A DNA stretch of 58,546 bases, filler included, from Basidiobolus ranarum (GCA_040143965.1; 8 parts of 8 records of this genome joined end to end with filler, not necessarily neighbours in it), one strand, 5' to 3'. Counted from the first letter of the whole stretch, positions 36,940 to 51,343 are shown. Numbers and translations are program-made. The notes: generated from the letters alone by a model not told the origin.

Positions 36940-38230
36940 AACCTTCTTTGAAGAGCTCTCCCAATGATTTTGTCCCTAGTTTCTGGAACCCAAAAGGTAG
37001 ACACTAAGAATCCAATGAACATAATATCGGCGAAAAACCCATGTGTTTAAGGAGGAAAGGTATGATCCCCATTTTTACTTCACAAGTTGGTTGAGTCCAA
37101 TTGTGGTGATGATGGCCCCCGATCTACCTTTAAAAATTAGTAGCTGAGATACCCAGGGTGGTGAAACAAAAGGATGTAGATGTATCTCGAAATTTGTAGA
37201 ACCCAGCTGAAAGTATCATGAAGATGATCATGCTTTTGAGGAAGGCGAAGCCCATCAACTGAATCTTGATGTGATCCATGCGTTCAATGAGAAATACGGT
37301 GAACCAATAGTCTGCAATGGTGCCCATCAGTGAGATGATTGGACTCTCTATTGCTTCAGTCCATATATGAGAGGAATACCCAATAACCCGGAATATATAC
37401 AGTTGGTTGAGGGAAACCACATGAAAAGTAATGTCAAGGATATCCAAGAGGGCGAGGTGTCCAAAGAGACTTGAAATTCCCCTCTAATCAAAAGTCAATT
37501 GTGGTATACTACTGGCCTTTTCAACGGTGAATTGAACCTGGACAGCATCTTTCTCATCCTACTACTGCTTTTTCGGCATTTCTGTTTATTTACTAAGTAT
37601 TCTGTGGCGATTCAGGTATGGTCTAACGAAAGTGAGTAGCCCAACTATTGGACATCTAAACCCAGGCAGTCTCCACAAATTGTCAATTTGATTCAATCCG
37701 CACGAATGACTTTGGAGGATAGCCAGTATTATGACAGTAAATGGTCTTTCTACCGATATACCAGTTCTCAGTAAAGCGAGTACAGTAGCTACCATCGTAT
37801 CTCGTCGCTTCGTAGAAGAAAACTCAGCTGGAATGACGGCAGATACTGGATGGTTACCACCAATTCCAATACCGAGGATTAACTGTTAAAAACTCGGTGG
37901 CAATCATTACATTTACTCCTTTAACTCACGAGCCAGCAATTGCGTGACAAATAGCAGCAAAGATGATGATTATCAATTCCAACTTGCACATCTAAATTCC
38001 AGTTTTGAACTAAAATTTCGCAACACACAAATCACAGGAATAGTTTGTACTCTTTCTGGTCACTTTCACAAGGCCACGATTGAATTCCACCAATAAAGGA
38101 TCATCTTTTTTGCATGCCAGAGTACCGGCTGGATATTATCCCTTAATTAAGGATGATTGATTGTAGTTGAAGATTACCTTTTGGGATAAATGATATTATA
38201 ATCATGTGCCTTACTTGGTATTACATTGAT
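36940..38230 (-). pseudogene. PHO84-type MFS phosphate:H+ symporter pseudogene
   Basis: GIGIGGNHPVSAVIPAEFSSTKRR, LWRL, LDITFH..SLN, GTI..YWFTVFLI...IQLMGF, GISA, PET; multiple stops, frameshifts and deletions. Confidence 0.85.
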
Positions 38231-39221
38231 TAGATAGAGTTAGATATGGTAATATACCGTATTGTGTGTAGGCTTTGGTAACAAAGACAGTATTTAACTC
38301 AACTATGTACTATACTCATCTATTCTCTCACTTTTATGGAGTCATGCTACCATGCCCATAGTCACTACATACAAATAAGTGTGCGACTCTAGACTAGAAA
38401 TGTTCCGGATGGCATTTCTGTAGCAAATTGACATTAAAAACCATATATACACAGCAGATAGCAGGTGACCACCAGCTTTAATGCCAGGAAAAGTAACAAA
38501 AAAATTTTAATATTTATTCGTCAAGATGGTTGTGAGGGAGTGGTGGCATTTTTCAAGTATCCAATTACTGACATACGTGGCGTTTTAAACGAGGAGAAAA
38601 ATGTACTCAAAGTTATCGGTGAATACAACGGTGAACAGTCCCTTCACGGATCAAGCACAAAATAGCAGACTGCCATCTCATTACCAGTTATAGCGTTCAA
38701 ACTCCGGTACTCAATATTGGTACAAAAACGTGTATTTTGAGATAGTACTAACCAGTGTACTTTTGTTGTATTCAATTGTTGCTATTTAAACTTATTCTTG
38801 GATTCAATACTTAATAAAAAAGAGGATTTGTTCCAAATAAAAGCATTAAAATAAAAATATCTACAGCCAACACCTTTCCAAATATCAATAGATTTGTAAT
38901 TAACGTTGTTAATACCATCACACTAAATACACGCCAAGGATCCTTTCACTTGTGTGTCTATTAATTGGTACTCTAATATCCTCACATAATATTATATCCT
39001 TCCTTTTGCCAAGCCGAAGTGGTTTTTATTCTTCTCATACTATTGTGTTTTCTATTATCTATTGAATATATAACTGTGAAATTTAAATTTGTATGCAAAA
39101 AATATAGCGAGATTGAATATCTGTGAATGTTTAGAACCTATTAGTGTGATACTCCAAAGATATAACAATTCTGAATAGACTCATTTCACTAAGTAACACA
39201 GAGAATTCCCTTCTTTTACAA

Positions 39222-39520
39222 GATGTACTGACTATATACCAACAACATGGTGGTAGGCCACCGAAACTCGATAGCTATTAGGCACAAGCAACCTAGGAAC
39301 ATACTGACTATCAAGTTCGTGTTAACGAAATGGCTCATATTGAGCCTGGAAGGCCCTTTGAGTACCCGTGCCACCAAATCAAGGAGAAAATGTAGTTGTG
39401 GACTATGTTTGTATTGATATCGTTATGGAAGGTTCGATGAGCACTGCCGGACATCAACAAAACATTTGTAGTCCTCAGTAGACCTTCTTTGGCTCTGGAT
39501 ATATTTGTAATGGCAAATAA
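39222..39520 (+). pseudogene. CAP/SCP (YkwD-like) domain pseudogene
   Basis: GRPPKLD...*EHTDYQ....MAH.EPG, then after a frameshift GENVVVDY....VMEGSMSTAGHQQNICSPQ*TFFGSG, matching GENVA.GY...VM.GWM.S.GHR.NIL...YT.FG.G. Confidence 0.65.
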
Positions 39521-40928
39521 TAGTGTTTGATATTTGAAATTGATGTTATTTTTGCACCGTATAGTCGATTTAGTGAATGAGCAATCTCATAACATGTAAG
39601 CTTAAAAATAAAGTAAATTGAAGGTAGTCTATCAGAATATTGTAGAAATAAACCAAATGGGAACAGTTTTCTTGATAATACTATAGATTGAAATAAAAAT
39701 GCTCGACAACCAGGCTGGATTTAAAGAATAGTCAGGAACATAAAGTAAGCACTGAATAAGGGTGAAATTACTAGTTTGTCCCATTTCCAAGGTATATACG
39801 AGCCAATAATTCTGAGCTGAACATGCTTCTGAAATAAACAACTAGTCATACACATATATATATAAGCATTCTATATTCAATTATTTGAATTAACAGAATT
39901 ACCTGTATATAGTGGTTAAACAAGTTTTGTTGATAACTAATCAGTAGGAATATATGTCTATCATCCAGGGATTCTACATAAGTACTCTGTTTCAAGTTCA
40001 TTTCCAACGCTACTCATCAAAAACAACTACTGTATCCCTTAATAAAGTTGAATATGCTGTGTCGTGAGTGTTAGAGCTAAGCACTGTTAGTTCAATCAAT
40101 AACACTGATTTATGTACGATATAACAAATTAATATATAGACTAAACAATGATACAGAAGATGATCTATTTATTAAGTTGCGATCATTATCCGTACATTTG
40201 TCATATATTATTAGAACACCTGGTGACGGAATATCTCACACTTATTACATGAGCAGGTAAAAAACTGGGAATGAACTTTGTTCACAACGATATGAAAGAT
40301 CTCATATGGATTGGATTTAACTGTTTAACTACTTGGCGCAACAATAGATAAACAATTGGAAGCCTAAAATAAGGGCTTTATGCCAAGCGGTGTTGCACGA
40401 ATCCACTGGCTAGTTGGTCTTCTGACAGAAAACTATACTCTTCTACGGAGTTACTATATATGCAATAGACCTGATATTTTGAATTTTAGAGTCGTTATTC
40501 ATATTCATAGATTATCATATAATTCAAAACTCCGAGTACGAATCATATTATATATTACTACTGATTACCCGTTTTCTGTACATGGGGCTGTAGCTGGGCA
40601 ATATAGAACGAATAACTATTTCAAATACAAATTCGCGTCTGAGGAGTAGAACAAGTATCGTACTAGCTTAGTTGCCGGTTGAAAAATAGTTCTACTAGAA
40701 GCACAGATGAATGTTGCACCACACTGGATACAAACTTGTAATACCAATGTGAAATTAGTTGTGTACGATTTGAATAGACACTGGTAGAGCAACGTTACTC
40801 ATAAAGACTTTATTAAGAGCTCCACTATGTGTGATGAGTGAAAAAGGGAGATAACCTTTCGAAAAAGTGGTAAACAGAACTACTAATCGTCTAGAATAAA
40901 TAAGAAATTCGATATCTATAGCTATTTC

Positions 40929-41859
40929 TCAGAAATAAAGCTTGGAGTCATCAAGACAATCGGGGACAGTGGTAATACGAAACCCTTTAGATTTAACAAG
41001 ATTCAAAATCTCTTTTGTTGACTTGATAGTCGATTCCTGAATATCATGTTGCAAAGTAATGAAACTGCTGCCGGGTGACGATTCCTTTAAGGCATCTTCG
41101 TATACAGCTATGGTTTTCCTGGGGTCCTGATGCTTCCAGTCGAAGGTATCCAAATTCCAGTAGATCACTTTGTAGCCCATATCATGCAACACATCAAGGG
41201 TGCCTTGATTATAGGAGCCATAGGGTGGTCGCATGTAGCGTGGTCTTTTGCCGATCGTATGAAAAATGATATCGCTAGTACGTTGCATCTCTTGGCGGAC
41301 TTTTCTCGGAGTGGCTTTGGCCAAATCAATATGATGATAGGTATGTGATGCGATATGGTGGCCATCAGCAAAGGCTCGCTTCAATGTGGCTACACCGCTG
41401 GGTGTTTCTAACACTGGAATAACCGTGGTTAGTCGAGTATTTTCAACAAGAAATATCCCAAATATACTTACTCTCACCAACGACAAAAAAGGTTACTTTT
41501 ACTCGGGCCTCTTTCAGATAGTCTAGAAGCTTGTCAGTATTGGGGCCAGGACCATCGTCAAAGGTAATCGCGAATGTTCCAGGTTTCTGGCAATTTTCAA
41601 TCACTCTGTCTGACGATGTGTTTGCCTGGCGAATTTTTAGCAAGGGGTTGGATTTCTTTTGGCATTGTGACTTGCAACTTTTCACACAATGTTCGCTGGT
41701 GGCTCCACACCAGCCATATTTCGAACAGCATTGACCGCTCTCACACCGGACATCGATTCCATTGATAAAACCGCACCTCCTGTCCTCCCATATTTGAGTG
41801 ATTCCGTGGGATAATTCTAAAAGAGCAATGAATGTCAAGAAGATAGATTTGACGTACAT
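40929..41859 (-). CDS. Secreted CBM18 (hevein-like) plus CE4 polysaccharide/chitin deacetylase; intron 41414-41471
   Basis: CG...C..GQCCSKYGWCGATSEHC; TFDDGP, HTYHH, RPPYG, DTFDW and LQHD motifs all intact. Confidence 0.95.
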
Positions 41860-43092
41860 ATGAATGAGTTTACTAAAGAAATGAGCAGAAATGAATGAGT
41901 ACATGGATGGAGGTCACTCCACTATATATGTGAACTGACGGGGAATATTACTTGACAACTATATACTACACTGTTTCATCGCACGTCAAATTGATATTCT
42001 TTCCGAAGTCAGTTTGATCGATGGGACACATATGCCCCGGCTTGACTGATACTACTCAATCTAGATTCAACCTGGCGAGTACTCCATCTTTCTATCAGAA
42101 ACACAACAGTTAGTTCCAGGATAGACTATTTTCCTTGATGCCTGTACGCTAGAAAGAGATACTATTTAGCTAGCGTATTAGGCCACCAATCACAGTGGTG
42201 TGGTTTGATTATCTCCAATGGGTGATATGTTTAGTATAGCACTATACGTAATAGTGCGTTTCCAATTAGGAGTGAGAGGAATCAAGGAGTTAGCACCGTA
42301 TTCGCTGAGCGAACCTCCTGTGCCATGTTTCTATAGAGACAAGGTATGCCACAACAAATCTGACCATGGAATCGTACTCTGGCTGGCCTAACCTCCATCG
42401 AAAACCAAATCCAGAGATGTTAGGCAAAAACCAAGATTTTGAGAGAATTTATTGTAGCCAGTTACTCTGATTTTACATTTGCAGGTGTCCAACACAGCTC
42501 TTATTGATTGTAGTTTTTATGGTTATACCATGCGCATCGATTCCCAATATACGGTATTTTCCCTCCAAGATGTTGAAATCGAGAACTGCGCTACAATGGA
42601 TTCAGAGCCATCCATCCACCGGATGAGTAGTGATTCTAGCGACAAGTAGAGGAATATGATTAGTGAAGCTACAGGCCTATGGAATTCCTGTTAGATGTAC
42701 GAGCATCTGTGGTGATCTATTCCGAATTACTAATCTAAAACTCCCAAAATCATCATGAACTCAAGATTTCCCTCTCAATATGCGATCATTTCCATACCAA
42801 GAGAGTAGATGCTGATGAAATGTGAGATTAGTCACATGAATCTCGTAGGAATACATTACAATTTGGGGACATGGTATTACACCAGAGCCGCTCTTCAGGC
42901 ACTAACAGTCACGCAGTCTGAATCCAAGATGAATTTCGATTAATCAGAATTTGATAATCTAACAAAGCAATAATCATATTTCTCTTCTCATTTGACCACT
43001 CCAACTTTATCCCCTTTAAAAGAAGTATTTACCTGAGTTCCATTGAGTTGGTTTGATTTTGGTTTTTCTTTGTACTTATTTCACAAGATATT

Positions 43093-43921
43093 ATGTCTGG
43101 CTTCGAGAATCTCATCAAAGGAGGGGCTGACTGTTCTGGAGGTAATCCTATGTCCGGTTTAATGAAACGTTTTGAAAAGGATCGTTCCATACATCAGGTA
43201 TTTATAAACTTTGAGAAGCCCGTTCTTTCGATTGTTTATTTTCAAGTGACTCTTCTAACTTTGTATTCGCACGCCACCACATAGGACCGTTTTGAGCCGG
43301 ACTTTGCTGAACAAGGAACAAGTAGATCTGTAAGTGAATTTTAACAACACAAGGTTTTCCCGACTCTATTAATAATAATAACCCCCGTTTCTAATATTAA
43401 TATAGGCGTTTCGTGGTGGCCAAGCTAATCGACCTGTACAACCAATTGAGCAAGATGTAATTTAAATCCATAAAATGACTCAAATCTCTCTTACTAACTT
43501 CACTGTCTTCACTGTCCATATTCAGTTTACGAATGAATTCCTTCGGGAAGGAAAGCAAGAGAATACTTTTGATGCATATAACTTTAATCAATTGAACCAT
43601 GAGCTTGATACCATTCATGGTGGACTTAAACCTGGTCCTAGTAATGATTGGGCTGAAGACTTTATCGCTCACGGGGACAATTTTTCCCATGGAGTAGATC
43701 CACAATTTGCTGAATTTGAGAGAGTTTATGGACAACACCAACACAGAGAGCAAGGTAATGGAGAATAATTCTTCTTTAAGTAAGTCGATATTAATCCTGT
43801 AGAATTTTCATTAGGTGGTTGGGATGCTGAATTTGCTAGATACGAAGCACAAACTGGCTCTGCTCACCCCTTAACAACTGAAGACGCTGTTGCTCGGGCA
43901 GTTGAAGACGCTACACTCAGT
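43093..43921 (+). CDS. PEX5: Peroxisomal PTS1 receptor Pex5, N-terminal part (truncated by the segment edge)
   Basis: N-terminal conserved Cys motif GGADCSGGNPMSGLMK.F..DRS.HQDR; WxxxF motifs WAEDF and WDAEF. Confidence 0.85.
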
Positions 43922-44021
43922 NNNNNNNNNNNNNNNNNNNNNNNNNNNNNNNNNNNNNNNNNNNNTTAATTAATTAANNNNNNNNNNNNNNNNNNNNNNN
44001 NNNNNNNNNNNNNNNNNNNNN

Positions 44022-45145
44022 ACTCCTCACAGCGGGAGTGTGGATCTTTTGTTCCCGAGGATGGAGCAAACTTGCCGAAACCTCACTTGGCGAATTTCAC
44101 TAGTATGAGAGCTCAAACCATTCTCTAAACCGAAGCAAAAATCTAACTTCATTTAGTTGCTTAGTACCTATAGCTATTGTAGCGACATATACGTCATTTG
44201 GACTAGTATCTTTTAGTAACCCAGGAATCATTACGGCTGAAAATCTACACATTGCTCGAAAAAACCACGAATACGATTATGTTATATACGAGCCGAAAGA
44301 GTGTAGAACCTGCCATTTTCAAAGGTTCAATACAAATTCTTCATGTAGCTCTGTAATCTACGTGAACTTACGTCAAACTTTATATTAGACCTGCACGCTC
44401 CAAGCACTGTTCAAGATGCAATGTGTGTGTGGAACTCTTTGATCATCACTGTACGTGCTTCATAACTTTGAATGATATATAGGTGCATACTCTAGAACTG
44501 ACGACTTCAAAACTTAGGTATCTGGGTAAACAACTGTATTGGCCAACATAACCATCATTATTTCATGCTGTTTCTAGGGACAACCATGTTCATATCTTGG
44601 TACGCCACATACGTTATCACCGTCATTCTTTGGGAACTCGGATTCCCTGAGTCTTGGTATAGTGATATCGACCAACTTGCCGAGTTAGACTGGCTAGAAT
44701 ATCTTGTGGTAGATAACACATTGGTACATCTGATTTTTGATGACATACTAACTGTAGTTGCTAGCTTGTGATCGATGATAATCCTATGCTCTTTTCACTA
44801 GGGTTTTTTGCATGTTCAGTAGGAATGATACTTGTATTCTTTACCGGAATGCATATATATACCGTCTCTTCTGGAACTACTACCAACGAATCTATCAAGT
44901 GGGCGCGCCTTCGAGCTGATATAGTGAGAGGAAGATGTTATATGACCAAAGCACAACTTGATCCGACCGAAGCAACGGTTATTAGTGTTCAACATGATCA
45001 TGTTAGACAACGTAAGGTTGTGAGAGATGACCAATTGGTAGCTGATAACGCTGATTTGATTAAAGTCCGGAATGTCAACCAGATACGCAACATCTATGAT
45101 AAAGGCGTACGGAGAAATATTCTGGATATATTAATGCCCCTATAA
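44022..45145 (+). CDS. SWF1: DHHC palmitoyltransferase, Swf1/ZDHHC4-like (5' truncated)
   Basis: NPGIIT.EN...YD..IY...[45 protein letters not shown]. Confidence 0.88.
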
Positions 45146-45823
45146 ATTAGTATTCAGTGTATTTAATAAATTAATCCAACTTATTTTCAATTAGACGAAC
45201 ACCTTAGAAAAGTCTTGGTAGCAACCATAATGTGCCCGATTAGATAAGTTGCAAGGCTTATATCAAACAGAAGATAAGACGGATTGAATTTCTCTGCGAT
45301 TTGGTAGCAATTATAGCACGAATTCTACATACCTCGTGAATATATTTACTGCCGTTTACAGGCAAAGATATTTTTCGACTATTAGCGTGATTGAATAACG
45401 CCAATTAGGTTCAATTTATGTTTCATTACCCCGATATATGTACTACAGTAGATTTGCAACTGCTCACTGAAGTCAAATCAAATCGAGTCTTCACATATAA
45501 TAATACATGTGCATTGGCGGTAGTTTATATCTATTGGATATGTTACATTATGTAGTAAGTGCAACCAAACGACGGAAGTATTTCATTGTGAGCATTTATT
45601 TATACAAGAGATACTCAAAACCAGCAGATGAGGAGTAAATACGATATTGCATTATTCTTTCTTAAAAAATGCTCTCTAATGCATACGTTATCCAGTTTAC
45701 AAATTCCAAAATCAGTGTGAACATACTGTTTACCTGTCCTACAAGAGTACTTTTAACATTAACACGAATATATATTGTCTAAACGAAAATATACAGCAAC
45801 AGGAGCTATGAGCAGATATACTA

Positions 45824-48354
45824 TTAACCTTGCGGAGACTTGGCTATTTCTACATTGTCACTTTCAAGATATAACTGAGCATGATGTGATTGACGCGTCG
45901 ATGATAATGGCAGTGTTTCCGCTTGAGACAAGCTTGATGAAAGAGCAACTGATGCAGTAGATGCCATTAGTGTTGTAAACCGAATACGTTCTCGCTCTCG
46001 TGCTTCCTGATCCTTATACAATTCACGTTCAAATGCTGCCATAACCCAAGCTTGGTGAGTGAAATCAAAGCAATGTTTCTATATGGCAGGATTGTCAATA
46101 TGTAATGATAAGTTGTGTATCTCAATGTGAAATCTTACGGCATCAATGTATTGTTGTGACCTGGCTTCTTGTCTCTTATGATTGCATTCTACTTGAAAAA
46201 ATATAGGCTGCTCCTCCAGTTGATATCTCTCAGCTCTATCATATCCAGTTTGGATTTATTCAGCCGAAAATCAAGCTTTGAAAGAAAGATTACCTTATTG
46301 TTTCTTCTCCTCTCTGTTCTGCGAATTTCTTATCTTTTTCGTAGCTGATGCTTACTTGCTCCCATTTGGTCTTTGCATCTGAGCTGGGTTTCGCCCATAT
46401 GAGATCAATGGCTTTATTTCCAGTTTGTGTCTCGTTTGGCTCTGCGTCTTTAATCAAAGCAACCCATTGATCAGCATTTTGGGTATTCACCTAAATGGAA
46501 GAGTATATTTATGAATTAATAAACAAAATGGATTGTTAGGGAATACTCAACTCACTGCATCTGTAACTTTATGCTCGTTGGATATTTGGTTCTTCTGGTT
46601 TGGAGCTCGTGTCGCCAGCTCTAAAGTGCCAATTGGAACAGCTTCAGATGTGATCTGATTTCCGGAGGGAATTATTTGATCAGAGTATCTGGCTTTGCTA
46701 GATATTAGATGATGTTAGCTTCGTCACTGTAGTAACACTACATACCAGTCTTATTGCATATGTTCAACTCCATAAGAGAACGTGAGTAAGCCAAAGAGCT
46801 TCGCTATTATGATAATGATTTAGTCTACGATCGATAATAGACTGGCTTCATAAAAAAACCTTTCTTAACGGAACCGGACTATCTTTGGTGTCTATTTATC
46901 AAAGTGTTAACCATGACTCAATTGCAAAGTTTGAGAGTCGCTGTGATTGCTATAGTAGTTCATCTACCTGAGCTAGAGGAGCCAAGTGATGAATCAGGTC
47001 CGCCGCCACTACTCTTTGAAGATGGGGGATCTTCATAGCCCGAATATTTAGGAACAGTAATCTTTCGGAGCTTGTGAGAAGACGTTGTACCAGATCTAGA
47101 CTTGCGCAACATATCAACTTTCGTCGTCCAAGAAGATTGAAGTGTTCTATCTACTTTCTTATCTTGGATGAGATCTTTCATCGACTCAAGTTGACGAGTC
47201 ATAAACTCGCTATGACGCTGCATCGCTGCTATTTGAGAAGTTTGATTACCTTTGAATGCCAAATAGTTAACACACACTGAGTGACGGCATGTTTCCTCAT
47301 AGCGCAAACAGACTGTAATTATTAAACGAACCTTCATTGAAAGGCTTTTCTGCGCTGTTCAGTCGAGGCTTAGATGAAGTTTCTCTGAGAACAGAGGAGG
47401 ATGATAAAGGTCTTTTAGACCACATCAAATCAAATACCTTCTCTATGCTTTTACCCATGTCGTACACAGGAGTATTGACTGGGTTGTACCTGAAGCAGTT
47501 GTTAAACATCAGACGAAAGTCGGTCTCAAACTGTTCGATGCAGACATAAGACCCACTTTCAAGGTTCTTTTTAATAGTGGAGATATCCATCGGGTGCTTA
47601 ATAATGGTCGGGTAATCGAAAAGATTCATGGCTCTCCAATCCACCGGTCTCAGGAACGGATACACAGTGTTTGCGTGTCGTTTTCTGTTCAATTCTTCTA
47701 GAATAGATTCGCAGAATCGGTAATGGCCACGTGGCATGAATTTTTTGGGTCTCTTCTTTAAATCTGTTGAAGCGAGACGATTATGACATGACTTTGGTGA
47801 AATAAAAGTGCCCCAATGCGTTTGAGGTTCTACCAAGTCTTCTTTAGCTACCTATCATACGTATGGAATAAACGTACCCTTCCATTTAATTACAATTTAA
47901 AGAATACCTACCTTGGCTCGGGAATTGTAGACTGATTCCTGGGATTTGGTCGAAGAACTCGGAATCCGCTTAACATAGGGTCAAAGTAAATAATCTTGGA
48001 AGAAATTGTCATTTAAAATGTGAAAAAACTTACTCCTTGTGGTTCGATTTGATTATTAAATGCTCTCTCAAGATTTTGAGCTAATGAGCCTATGATAGAG
48101 TCCCTTCCGTGGTAAAGGTAACAATTATCAAATATTAATCGCATATCTGCTACAAACTGATCCATAGTATGGTATCTGGAATCGTTTAGTTTATTTCCTA
48201 TAGTTCCAAGGTCCATTGGATTCTTTATGATGTCTGGATAATCTGGAACTTTTAGTTTAGTAGGATTGACTGGAACTAGAAAGTGGACTGCGTTTGGGTG
48301 TCTTTTCAACGCTCTTAAAATATTACTACAGTAGCTATGTTGCTCTTGTATCAT
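45824..48354 (-). CDS. Double-bromodomain (BET/Bdf1-like) protein, multi-exon; start may lie further upstream
   Basis: BD1 FLVPV.P....PDYPDIIKNPMDLGTI; BD2 YPFLRPVDW.AMNL.DYP.IIKHPMDISTI...NCFRYNP; C-terminal DFTHQAWVMAAFERELY. Confidence 0.88.
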
Positions 48355-48825
48355 TGGAGTGAGTATGAATTGGTAGACAGGTACACATTGCCTACGTCTT
48401 ATGCTCGTAAGTAGAGAATTTAGATTAACATGATTGGATCCTTTAATGGTGTATTTGATGTAAACTGAGATCATGGATGTTTAGGTATCAATGAGCAAAG
48501 CTTCTAGCTGAATCAGATTTCTCATGTGCGGGTGATTGTGCGTAGTGAAGATAAATGAAATTCACTTGCATCCTACTTCCATCAATCATCTTATTGAGCT
48601 TCATTGCTGTAATGGTTACTGCAGAGTATTGGAAAGATTGTTCTTGTTTAGTGTTTATTCAATTGCCGCTCTAATACAACTTTGAATGCAATGAATAACG
48701 GTCATTAGATTACAATAACTCTACCAGATGCTTCGGGATTCGTGCTTTACATAGGGTGTCTCAAATTAACAACACGAAGAGATTGGTGTATAGGCAGGTT
48801 TCTAATTGGTGATTCTCATGTATGT

Positions 48826-51023
48826 TTAAATGGACAAAGGATGCTGTTGATAGTATTCAGATAAAGTGGTTTTCTCTACAGCAACAGCAGAAAGTGAAGT
48901 AGCGGTTGCAGTATGAGCGATGACTTTGACGTACTCGCCGGGTTTGACGTCCATTTCTTGGCCAGCAGGAATTTCAATAAAAACTTTGTGGTTTCCATCG
49001 TCACGTCCTTGAAGCATGTCGGCATTTCTTTTGGTGGTTCCTTCTACAAGAACTAGTTGCGGTTTCCCTACCAACTTTTGGTTCTTTTCCTTGGCATTCT
49101 TATGGAAAGTGTCGATAATTTCTTGCAGACGGCGAGATTTGATGTCGTCGGGGACATCATCGATCATTTTACGGTGAGCGTGTGTCTTCTCTCGCATACT
49201 ATTGTAATGAACAACACATTAGTTTGGTATTTTAAGTTACACGATCTCCAGACCTGAATTTACCTATAAGCGAACATATACGCCATATCGAATTTAACTT
49301 GCTCCATAAGGGTAACGGTATCTCTATGTTCCTCTTCCGTTTCATGACAAAATCCAGTAATGAAGTCACTGCTCAGGGTAACATTTGGAATGACCTCCCT
49401 AATTCTACTGACCAAATCCAAATAAGCTTCTCTGGAGTAGCCTCTACGCATTCTCTCCAGTACCTGTGTATTGCCAGATTGGGCTGGCACATGAATGTTC
49501 GAGCAAATGTTGGGTCTTTCTTTGATCAGCCATATAAGATCATCGGGGAAATCTTTAGGATGTGGGGAGGTGAACCGAATTCTCATCTAAGATCACAATG
49601 TTCTATCAGAACGGAAACAATTCACTAATTTCTCAAAATCACACCTACCTCGGGATCGATCTCGGACACTCTATCGATCAAATCGGCAAAGCGTCTTCCG
49701 CCCTCCTTTCTCTTATAGATGGTCTTGAAACCACGGCTTAAATCCTGACCTACACTAGTAGTGGTATAGATCTTACTCTCGCTGGTATCACGGTATGAAT
49801 TGACATTTTGGCCAAGAAGAATCACTGCCATCACATAGAGTTAGCAGTTGGAAGGCATAGGAAGTGCCGAAAGAATGCTGCTTACCTTCTTTGATTCCCT
49901 GTTCACTGAGTTTCTTGACTTCGTCGACAATTGAATCGATAGGACGACTACGCTCGGTACCTCGTGTAAAGGGAACAATGCAATAACTGCACATATTGTT
50001 ACAACCGCTAAGAAGTGCATAGCGTTAGTATTTCTTCAAGCAAAGCAATATGTAGAGTAGTAATACCGCATAATAGACAAATGAACACTAATGCTGTTAT
50101 CGTTTAATCTGACTGGCATGATATCCGCATAGGTTTCATCAGCAGATAAGATGACGTTGGCTACTTGTTGAATAGAAGCTTCTGCCATGCTGATGAGGTG
50201 GGGAATGGAGCGATAGGCATCTGGGCCGCACACAATATCCACCACTTTATCTTGCTCCAACAGTTTCCCTTTGAGTCTTTCTGCCATACACTGTTTTCAA
50301 GAAACATCAGTTAGTATATATCATTATCCAATGACAGTTAAATACTAAACAAACCCCGAGGACTCCTACAAGAGGCGGTCTTGTAGGTCTTTTTTTGGTT
50401 TTCAAGTGCTTGAAGTAATTAAGACGTTGCCAGATCTTTTTCTCCGCATTATCTCTAATCGAACACTACAATTGGAAAGTGCTCAGCATAAAGCACGAAT
50501 GAGATATTGACAAAGTAGAGTACGTACTGTGACCAAGAAAATAACGTCGGCATCTTCAATCTCATGAGTTCTAGAATACCCTGCTGTGTTCAGGATGCCC
50601 ATTAGAATTTCAGTGTCACTGACATTCATCTAGAAAAGATAGAGTTAACGGACGGTTTCGAGGAATACATGTGTATTATTCACTTACTTGACAACCATAT
50701 ACTTCGATAAAATACTTTGCACCTGCTCCATAATTTATCTGAGGGAGATAAGGTACAGCCTCAGGCTGTTGACCATTCTCCAGCGGCTTCAGCATGTTAT
50801 TCGAAGAAGCACGAATAAAATCTTGAAGGTTGGGCGACTTATTATCAAACACCAAGATATTCTTCTTCGGTTGCGCAGCGGTGGAATGAGTACGATAATT
50901 CACCAGAGAAGAGGTACAGACAACCTTGGAACACCGACTTGCGGACAAGGCAGTCGGATATTCATGTCGAAGGACTTGAGTGAAACTCTTAAGGCTGTGG
51001 TAACGCTTTGGTAAAAAAGTCAT
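48826..51023 (-). CDS. CDK5RAP1: Mitochondrial tRNA methylthiotransferase CDK5RAP1/MiaB (radical SAM, TRAM), multi-exon
   Basis: [45 protein letters not shown] (CxxxCxxC), [21 protein letters not shown]; presequence-like N-terminus. Confidence 0.95.
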
Positions 51024-51343
51024 AACTTTGGACTGAAGAATAACGGCCTCAAGAGTTGTTGGAGAGAAAATTTCAACAAATGCTCGAAATAAGAAAAAAT
51101 TGAACAGATTCTTTCACCCAATGAGATTCAATCCTCCCAAGAAACGGACGGCTTATTTTTTCTAAGGTAACTAGTGAATATATCAGTGGGGCTACAGATT
51201 GAAAACCCGGGTACTACTAGATGCAATTTTTCTTACAAATTAGNNNNNNNNNNNNNNNNNNNNNNNNNNNNNNNNNNNNNNNNNNNNTTAATTAATTAAN
51301 NNNNNNNNNNNNNNNNNNNNNNNNNNNNNNNNNNNNNNNNNNN

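Noticed and set aside
15714-43921. Functional clustering of PTS1-bearing oxidases with PEX5
   Set aside because: Different segments; adjacency is an artefact of concatenation.
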